Below are positions 57,504 through 64,000 of a stretch of 64,000 bases of DNA, piece after piece; position 1 is the first letter of the stretch, and every line of letters begins with the position of its first letter. The notes below the pieces were generated by a model. It saw nothing but the letters and a program-made list of their open reading frames with translations. It was not told the DNA's origin and ran no database searches. The stretch is taken from positions 49,774-113,773 of the forward strand of contig JANMPT010000043.1 of the NCBI GenBank assembly GCA_031370005.1, given 5' to 3'. Made by a program: the position numbers and the translations under genes. Origin of the DNA: Bdellovibrionales bacterium (GTDB lineage Bacteria > Bdellovibrionota > Bdellovibrionia > Bdellovibrionales > Bdellovibrionaceae).

Positions 57504-58235
57504 ATGAGTTTTGAACCAACAAAGGATCTAAAGCCAATCGGTTATCTTGAGTCCTCCTATCGGGGTAAATTTGGAACACCGAGACAATCGGGCCTTTCCC
57601 CCCACGCGTGGTCGCGCCTTAAAATTCGCGCTGATTTGCAGCCTGAGCAGGCCTTGGAAGGTCTCGAAAAGTTCAGTCATCTGTGGCTGATTTTCATCTT
57701 TCATCAAAACAAAACAGCTCGTTATCACGCCAAAGTCCATCCTCCGCGTTTGGGCGGGGAAAGCATGGGGGTCTTCGCCACGCGGAGCCCGCATCGACCG
57801 AACCCTATTGGACTTTCACTCGTAGAGCTTACTCAGGTCGAAGGAGACTCTTTAATTTTTGCCGGAGCGGATTTGGTGGACGGCACTCCTGTTTTGGATA
57901 TTAAGCCCTATCTTCCTGGGCTTGAATCTAAGCCAGAGGCAAAGATCGGCTGGCTTGATAGGGCTGAAAAGAAGCAAATTGCTGTGGCATTTTTACCCGA
58001 AGTTGAGCCCCTCCTTCAAGACTGGCAAGGGAAGCATCCAGGTAAGAAACTCCGAGAAATGATTGTGGACACGCTGAAGCTGGATCCTCGTCCTGTGCTT
58101 TATCGCGGCTATGAGAGCGAAAAGTCACCTTACCGCAGCGATCATGCCTTTCGACTCTTAGATGGAGATATTCACTTTAGATTTGTAAGTCCGGAAAATG
58201 TCATTATTTTTAAAATACTTTTTATGCATAATTAG
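57504..58235 (+). CDS. trmO: tRNA (t6A37-N6) methyltransferase TrmO/TsaA
   Basis: FGTPRQ, GVFATRSPHRPNPIGLS, DLVDGTPVLDIKPY. Confidence 0.95.
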   Translation: MSFEPTKDLKPIGYLESSYRGKFGTPRQSGLSPHAWSRLKIRADLQPEQALEGLEKFSHLWLIFIFHQNKTARYHAKVHPPRLGGESMGVFATRSPHRPNPIGLSLVELTQVEGDSLIFAGADLVDGTPVLDIKPYLPGLESKPEAKIGWLDRAEKKQIAVAFLPEVEPLLQDWQGKHPGKKLREMIVDTLKLDPRPVLYRGYESEKSPYRSDHAFRLLDGDIHFRFVSPENVIIFKILFMHN

Positions 58236-58302
58236 TTGTGTTTTCTTAGCTTGCCCGCATATGCCTTTTCAATAAAGCTAAGGAGTTATTCAGGAGGGAT
58301 TT

Positions 58303-59259
58303 GTGAGTTCAATACTTCGTAAAGTGCCAACATTGAGCCTTGCCTCTTATGCAAAGGGTTCTTCAGATGAAAAAAGTAAGTTCGCGGCAGGTCTTTATAC
58401 AGGCCTCAAGGACTATGGTTTTATTGTTTTGAAAGACCATGGCGTGGAGCCGGCACTTCTTCACAAGGCGTATAGCCTTTTGGAAGAGTTCTATAAACTT
58501 CCTGAAGTTACGAAGCGTGGTTATATATCTAAAGCAGGCGGTGGCCAGCGCGGCTATACTCCCTTTGGACAAGAGCATGCCAAAGATGCCAAGGTCATGG
58601 ATCTTAAAGAATTCTGGCACGTGGGCCGCGAGGTGGCTGATCGCCACCCATTAAAAGCCAAATATTATCCAGATAATATTTGGCCAAAGGAAGTTCCTGA
58701 GTTCAAAACTATATTTACGAGACTATTTGCAGAGCTTGAAGGTGCGGGACAAATAATGCTGGAAGCTTTGACAGGTCCCTTAGAGGTTTCTAAAGACTAC
58801 TTTAGAGAGATGACTCATGAGGGGAATTCGATCCTTCGTCTTCTTCATTATCCAGCAATTCCTGAAGGTACGGATCCACGCTGTTTGCGTGCGGCCCCCC
58901 ATGAGGACATCAATTTTATCACGATCTTGCCTGCAGCCACGGCATCAGGTCTTCAATTAAAAGACCGTGATGGCTCTTGGCTTGATATCCTTTCTGAGCC
59001 AGACACATTAATCGTGGATTCAGGTGATATGCTCGCTCGCCTAACTAACGACGTGATCCCTTCGACCACTCATCAGGTTGTTAATAGTCAAGAGGCCAAA
59101 AACAAAGCTCGCTACTCAATGCCTTTTTTTATGCATCCAAATCCTAACGCTATGTTGAGCTGTCTTCCTGCTTGCCGCGGCGCAGGCGCAAAGTATGCGG
59201 ATATCACAGGTGGCGATTTCCTTATGCAAAGATTGCGTGAGATCGGACTTATCAAGTAG
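58303..59259 (+). CDS. 2OG-Fe(II) oxygenase, isopenicillin N synthase/DIOX family
   Basis: YGFIVL, RGY, HEDINF (HxD), TTHQV, RYSMPFF. Confidence 0.92.
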   Translation: MSSILRKVPTLSLASYAKGSSDEKSKFAAGLYTGLKDYGFIVLKDHGVEPALLHKAYSLLEEFYKLPEVTKRGYISKAGGGQRGYTPFGQEHAKDAKVMDLKEFWHVGREVADRHPLKAKYYPDNIWPKEVPEFKTIFTRLFAELEGAGQIMLEALTGPLEVSKDYFREMTHEGNSILRLLHYPAIPEGTDPRCLRAAPHEDINFITILPAATASGLQLKDRDGSWLDILSEPDTLIVDSGDMLARLTNDVIPSTTHQVVNSQEAKNKARYSMPFFMHPNPNAMLSCLPACRGAGAKYADITGGDFLMQRLREIGLIK

Positions 59260-59269
59260 TCTTTGGCCC

Positions 59270-60415
59270 ATGTCTATTTACAGGGCCTTATTCAATTTAC
59301 CGGACTCGGTGTGTTTTTTAAATTCAGCGTTCATTTCTCCACAGATGAAAAAAATCACTGAGGCTGGGATGCAGGCTGTATCATTTAAAGAAGCTCCATG
59401 GCGCCTTCAGGCTTCTGATTTTTTCACGGATTGTGATCAATTGCGTCTATTGGTTGCGAATCTTTTGAAATGCAAAGCCGACAATATTGCGCTGATCCCA
59501 GCGGTTAGTTACGGCGTAGAAACTGCAGTTCTGAATCTTTGTATAAAACCCACTCAAAAAGTTTTGATGCCCGAAGGGGATTTTCCCTCCAATGTTTACC
59601 CTTGGCAGAGCTCAGCTGCCACTTGTGTTTTTGTTTCTCGTCCAGCGAACTATGATTGGACGACCGCCTTTCTAGATGCAATTGATGAAAACACAGCTGT
59701 GGTTTCTGTGCCGCAAACGGATTGGTCTGACGGTAGTCATTTTGATTTAGTCCGGATCAGCGAGAAGGCAAAGTCTATGGGTGCGGCCTTGGTCGTTGAT
59801 ATTAGCCAGTCCTTCGGAGCTTCTCCGATAGACGTTAAGACCTTTGATCCGGATTTTTTATTCTCGGTGGGTTATAAGTGGCAGCTCGGTCCTTACGGTG
59901 TGTCCTATATGTATGTAGCAGATCGTCATCTTCAAGGAAAACCTTTGGAAAACAACTGGGTTAATCGTCAAGCTAGTGAAGACTTCACAAGACTTACTGA
60001 GTACACTGAAGACTATCAGCTTGGTGCGCGCCGCTTCGACAGTGGTCAACACAGTCAGTTCGCTTTGAACCCAATGGCGATTGAAGCCATGAGAGCATTA
60101 AATGAAATTACGCCAGAGAAAATTTTTGCTCATGTCATCAGTTTTAACGAGATTTTGGTGAGGGGCTTGAGCTCTTTAGGCTTTGAAGTAGTACCAGCAA
60201 GCAGTCGTACCGGACATATGATTGGCGCGAGAGCCCCTTTAGGACTTTGTGTGAATGATTTGAGTAGAAGACTTCGCGAAAAGGATATTTTTGTGAGTGT
60301 TCGTCGTAACAGTCTTCGTATAAGTCCACATATTTATAATACTCAGCAAGATATTGAAAAACTTCTGAGAGAACTAAAAAGGCTTTTGGATGAATCCGCA
60401 AGTTCCAGAAAATGA
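59270..60415 (+). CDS. Class V PLP-dependent aminotransferase-fold enzyme
   Basis: FLNSA, DFPSN, VVDISQ, SVGYKWQLGP (PLP Lys), LRISPHIYN. Confidence 0.88.
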   Translation: MSIYRALFNLPDSVCFLNSAFISPQMKKITEAGMQAVSFKEAPWRLQASDFFTDCDQLRLLVANLLKCKADNIALIPAVSYGVETAVLNLCIKPTQKVLMPEGDFPSNVYPWQSSAATCVFVSRPANYDWTTAFLDAIDENTAVVSVPQTDWSDGSHFDLVRISEKAKSMGAALVVDISQSFGASPIDVKTFDPDFLFSVGYKWQLGPYGVSYMYVADRHLQGKPLENNWVNRQASEDFTRLTEYTEDYQLGARRFDSGQHSQFALNPMAIEAMRALNEITPEKIFAHVISFNEILVRGLSSLGFEVVPASSRTGHMIGARAPLGLCVNDLSRRLREKDIFVSVRRNSLRISPHIYNTQQDIEKLLRELKRLLDESASSRK

Positions 60416-60419
60416 TAGT

Positions 60420-61190
60420 ATGAAGCTCAAACATTACTTTCAAATGGGCATCGCGGCAGGTTTGGTCGTGGCCCTCGTAGGTGGTGTTGTTTGGTTTCGA
60501 AAGAGCTCCTCCGAGCTAAAGCCAAAAACAAATGTTGAGGAGCCCGCAGCCGCCACAGAAGACTCCGGACTTGATTTACGCACAGATGAGGACTTAGCGG
60601 CTAGGGCCGAAGAAGTGCCCATCCCCGCTCTTGAAAAGAAAAAAACGGAGGCCGTGGATTTGGGTAAGGCTTCTGAGTTTTTTGGTCAGAGCATTAAGCA
60701 ACTTGCGCTCTGTATTGGATTAAATAACATCGAAGGCACAGACAGATTGGATCCCAGCAGTGATAACTTAATGGCGGTCGTGAAGTCAGATCTAGGAGAT
60801 CCGATTTTGCGTTCTGAAGATTGGATGACTTGGAATTTGCGTGTGGGAAGTGAAGAAAGACGCATTCGTATTGAAACGGATTACTCGGATAATGATCAGG
60901 TCTCTCGTCATTTACTTTACTTCAAACTAGATGCTCAGGGCCAGCCGGCGTTGATCCCTTTGCCAGACGAGCAAAGTAAAGATCCTAGTGAATCTTTTGT
61001 CGCGTCCTTGCAAAAAGACGGAGAGGTTTACGAAGAAGAAAAAGGCGAGCGCGCTTATTTTGAAAATGGACAGGAGTTGGTTCTTACAGAAAAGAACGGT
61101 AAAATTGATGATTTAGAGTTCGCCAACGGAGCAAAGACTTTTCGTTGCGCCGGAATTCTAACGTCATCTCCGAGCTGTAAGTGTTATTAA
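60420..61190 (+). CDS. Hypothetical membrane-anchored periplasmic protein
   Basis: N-terminal TM helix, acidic domain, C-terminal C..CKCY. Confidence 0.7.
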   Translation: MKLKHYFQMGIAAGLVVALVGGVVWFRKSSSELKPKTNVEEPAAATEDSGLDLRTDEDLAARAEEVPIPALEKKKTEAVDLGKASEFFGQSIKQLALCIGLNNIEGTDRLDPSSDNLMAVVKSDLGDPILRSEDWMTWNLRVGSEERRIRIETDYSDNDQVSRHLLYFKLDAQGQPALIPLPDEQSKDPSESFVASLQKDGEVYEEEKGERAYFENGQELVLTEKNGKIDDLEFANGAKTFRCAGILTSSPSCKCY

Positions 61191-61409
61191 GGAAGTAACA
61201 ACAACTTAAGAGTTCGGACCTCGATTCATACAGATGCTCTCTGTGCGTCGTAACATAAAGTATAAATATGTAACACAAAACTTAACACAATTTTTCGGCT
61301 ATTTTCTATATAATATCAATGACTTACATATATACTTCTCTTTTGCATTACACTTTGAAGGCCTTTGTTTTTTGCCATACCGATTTGCTTCCTCGGCGAA
61401 ATTCAAAAG

Positions 61410-61438
61410 TTGACTTGTACGTACATGATATGTACAAT
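61410..61438 (+). promoter_or_regulatory. Sigma70 promoter with overlapping operator palindrome
   Basis: TTGACT-N17-TACAAT containing GTACAT-GAT-ATGTAC. Confidence 0.75.
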
Positions 61439-61443
61439 TAGGA

Positions 61444-61509
61444 GTGAGATTTGACTGGGATGTAAGAAAAGCCACGAAAAAAGAGAGACGAGACTTTGAG
61501 AATCTATAA
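61444..61509 (+). pseudogene. BrnT toxin remnant (in-frame internal deletion, 21 codons)
   Basis: GTG-initiated MRFDWD-V-RKATKKERRDFENL* joins BrnT-like N-terminal and C-terminal motifs, 12 nt upstream of the antitoxin. Confidence 0.75.
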
Positions 61510-61521
61510 AAGAGGTGTTCC

Positions 61522-61746
61522 ATGCGAAAAGAATATGATTTAAAAAAACTGAAACTGCGGCCGAATCCTTACGCAAATAAGCTTAAAAAAAGCGTCACAA
61601 TTCGATTGGACACGGACGTGATTGAGTACTTCAAGCAGCTTGCCGCAAAGGCTAATGTTCCATATCAAACCTTGGTAAATGACTTTTTAAGAAGCTGCAA
61701 AGAAGAGAATTTGGCACCAAAAACAGTATGGAAGAAGTCTTCGTAA
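61522..61746 (+). CDS. BrnA/CopG-family ribbon-helix-helix antitoxin
   Basis: MRKEYD..NPY..KKSVTIRLDTDVIEYFK..PYQTLVN. Confidence 0.88.
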   Translation: MRKEYDLKKLKLRPNPYANKLKKSVTIRLDTDVIEYFKQLAAKANVPYQTLVNDFLRSCKEENLAPKTVWKKSS

Positions 61747-61763
61747 GTCGCAGCTGCGACCGC

Positions 61764-64000
61764 TCAATATTTTCTTCCCGTGAATTGCAGGTTGTCGACT
61801 TCGCACGAAGATATGCCGGTCGATTTTAGGTACGTCTTTATCTGAAGGGTTCCGGTGCCGGCAGCTGACGACGGGAAGCTTGAAATATTGGTTCTCATAG
61901 TGGCCGCATCGTTGGCTGTCGCGTAGGCGCTTGATGTCGTCCATGCGCTGCCGTTCCAATAGTAGAACGTCGAGCCGTCGGAGCTGAGCGAATATTTCGC
62001 GCCACTCGAACAAGAATTAGAGCCAAGCGTTTCTGTCATGCCGTTCGCGTCGAGCGTTTGATAAGCTGAGCCAATGAGTGCCTTCGATGTGATAGATGGT
62101 GCTGTCGCATCGTAGTGGGTGGGGCCAAGATTTACACTCTGAAGTTCTGGCGAGCACGCGACGGCTCCCGATCCGTAATTGCAGAGTGTATTTTGATCGT
62201 CACTCTCAAGAATAGCACGATATTGGAAGTAGCGATTCGCCGTTACCGAAAGGCCCATGCCAGAGAAATTACTGAAAGTCATAGTGGGCGAAGTTGTTGA
62301 AACAGTGCCACCTAGGGTATTGCCAGTTGTATTGTAGAGTTCCGAGAAATAGCTGAGTTGGGTATTATCAGGACCTTTCCAGCCCTTGCCAGCAGTGATG
62401 GCTTCTTGGTCAGAGCAGTCGCCGGCACTGCAACTGCGGATTTGGTATTTGATACGATTGGCTCCTCGACGGTAGAGCTCAAGGGCTTCAGCTGCAGAAA
62501 GAGTGCGAGACCATAGCGCAACCTCATCGATGCTTCCGTCCAAATATCCACCGCCAGAGGTCAATCTGCCAAAATTTAAAATTGCTGAGTTTTTAAAATC
62601 GGTTCGAATTGTGGTAGAGCCTATATTTTTCTGAACACCATCAACAAAGATAAGTGCCGTTCCTGCTGACCGATCAATAGAAAACACATAATGATGCCAT
62701 CCATTAGGGGTCGCAACTCCGGCAGCAGATGCGGCTGTGGCGCTCGCAATGCCATTGCCAGTCTCAAACATCACAGTTCCATCTGAGGTCTGCCAGGAGT
62801 TTAGGCCTATTCGAAATCCATCGGTGGCACTTCCGCCGCCTGAATTTGAAACCAAAGTCTGCCATTCAAATGATGTCGACTTAATATTTGCCCAAATTGA
62901 AAATGTAAAGTTGTTGCCGACATTGAGGCTTGGCGTAGAAATATACTGACTTGATGCCCTTGCTAGGCCCACACCGTAGCCGAGCACCCCGACAGCACCC
63001 AATGTCGGAGAGTTTGTGGCTGTACCTGTTATTGATGATCCTGAGCTATCTGCAAGGCTGGTTCCAGAAGTTTCATTCAAATGCCACAATCCAGTCAAGC
63101 CACTCACCAGGCCGCCGCCGATAGAGGAATACTCAGAGGAGCCTTCACTACTAGAGGCGCTTGGGAGCTCCTTATAGAAGGGCCGTGTAGTTGTTGCTGC
63201 AAGTGTAGTCCATGATTGCGGCGAATAGGAATCGAGCACTCGTGACGTGAGTTGGCCAGAGTATTTTGCCGATTGGCGTGCGTAGATGGTTTGGATTTGA
63301 GCGGTTGTGAGTGTGGTATTCCATACTGCGGCCTCATCTAAGGCGCCAAGAAACAGGTAGGGTGTTCCGGCTCCAGAATTACCTATATTTAACGCTACCC
63401 CCAGGTTTGTGGAAGACGACGGATAGGTAATCTCTGGGGCCGCGTTGCCATCTAAATACAATCTGATGGAAACGCTGTCTCCCACAACAGCAGCGAAATG
63501 CCATTGGTTATTATTAATTAATGTAGTTCCAGCAAAGCATGCACCAATACAAAGTCGGACATTGCCATTGTTGATTTGAATTGGGTGATTCGCAGCGCTG
63601 AACGAAAGAATTTTTTGATCGGCACTGCTTGTAGTTTTAAACCAGATCATCATTGAAAAACTGTCAGCCATAATCGGTGAAGAAAAACTAGTGGAAACAT
63701 AATCATCAGTTCCATCAAAACTGATTCCCTGATTTAGCTGTCCATTGTTGTAGGCCATGCCGGTACCGTTTGCATTTGCTGCTGTTCCGTTTGTGCCTAT
63801 GGTTGCTGAAACTGTACTTCCATTTGCGATACTTCCGGTGCCATTCAATTTCCAATACCCAACTAGGCTACTCCATTGCGGAGTCCAGCTGGCATCAAGC
63901 TCAGCGTTATTTGTGGTCGTATTTAGACGAACAAGGCTATTTGTATTATCCCACTGTGCCCCTGTCATTACTCCACTTAAAAATCCGCCAGAGCTTGGAC
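61764..64000 (-). CDS. Large LamG (concanavalin A-like) repeat surface protein, 5' end outside window
   Basis: Two LamG3-like modules (LVGYWKLN..FDGTDDYV..WHF..LDEAAVWN; LWHLNE..WHHY..IDEVALWSR); frame open to base 64000. Confidence 0.85.
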   Translation of the reverse strand, partial: PSSGGFLSGVMTGAQWDNTNSLVRLNTTTNNAELDASWTPQWSSLVGYWKLNGTGSIANGSTVSATIGTNGTAANANGTGMAYNNGQLNQGISFDGTDDYVSTSFSSPIMADSFSMMIWFKTTSSADQKILSFSAANHPIQINNGNVRLCIGACFAGTTLINNNQWHFAAVVGDSVSIRLYLDGNAAPEITYPSSSTNLGVALNIGNSGAGTPYLFLGALDEAAVWNTTLTTAQIQTIYARQSAKYSGQLTSRVLDSYSPQSWTTLAATTTRPFYKELPSASSSEGSSEYSSIGGGLVSGLTGLWHLNETSGTSLADSSGSSITGTATNSPTLGAVGVLGYGVGLARASSQYISTPSLNVGNNFTFSIWANIKSTSFEWQTLVSNSGGGSATDGFRIGLNSWQTSDGTVMFETGNGIASATAASAAGVATPNGWHHYVFSIDRSAGTALIFVDGVQKNIGSTTIRTDFKNSAILNFGRLTSGGGYLDGSIDEVALWSRTLSAAEALELYRRGANRIKYQIRSCSAGDCSDQEAITAGKGWKGPDNTQLSYFSELYNTTGNTLGGTVSTTSPTMTFSNFSGMGLSVTANRYFQYRAILESDDQNTLCNYGSGAVACSPELQSVNLGPTHYDATAPSITSKALIGSAYQTLDANGMTETLGSNSCSSGAKYSLSSDGSTFYYWNGSAWTTSSAYATANDAATMRTNISSFPSSAAGTGTLQIKTYLKSTGISSCEVDNLQFTGRKY

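Noticed and set aside
58303..60415. Beta-lactam biosynthesis (pcbC/cefD)
   Set aside because: No ACV synthetase or other NRPS in the window, and both families are broad.
61250..61291. Three TAACA(C/T)AA short direct repeats
   Set aside because: Short, AT-rich and irregularly spaced; could arise by chance.
1..64000. Numerous 60-210 aa ORFs antisense or out of frame to long genes (e.g. 26450-27085, 49668-50123, 56916-57242)
   Set aside because: They lie within well-supported CDSs and have no motifs; treated as shadow ORFs.
1..64000. tRNA, rRNA or CRISPR array
   Set aside because: No cloverleaf or T-loop pattern in intergenic space and no regularly spaced direct repeats seen by eye; tRNAscan or CRISPR finders would be definitive.

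Overview
Chromosomal segment from a predatory Bdellovibrionota-type bacterium. The taxonomy is inferred from two short tandem flagellins, two paralogous major-outer-membrane-protein-like genes, a DUF4423-like HTH protein, LamG repeats and many secreted orphans. Most of the window is densely packed core genes: REC-GGDEF cyclase, CDF transporter, trmB, trxB, peptide ABC ATPases, aceE, TonB, PP2C, M23 peptidase, thiolase, rnr, ABC1/UbiB kinase, nucleoside ABC transporter with an S1/P1 nuclease, Crp/Fnr, RND pump and trmO. Accessory blocks include an AT-rich glycosyltransferase/epimerase/HTH trio, a five-gene xanthine-dehydrogenase-family cluster, a RAYT-type HUH transposase bracketed by perfect 28-bp inverted repeats, a HEPN-MNT pair, and a brnT-brnA locus whose toxin has collapsed to 21 codons. 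The most intriguing unexplained unit is a small secreted protein with a duplicated ELDN motif, a Gly-Gly site and a 46-aa tail containing 20 Tyr, encoded directly upstream of a secreted S8 protease and separated from it by a terminator. Notable non-coding features are a 14-bp inverted repeat over the aceE ribosome-binding site, CsrA-type GGA hairpins in both flagellin leaders, and several sigma28- and sigma54-like promoters. No tRNA, rRNA or CRISPR array was seen. All calls come from motif reading by eye; no database searches were run.
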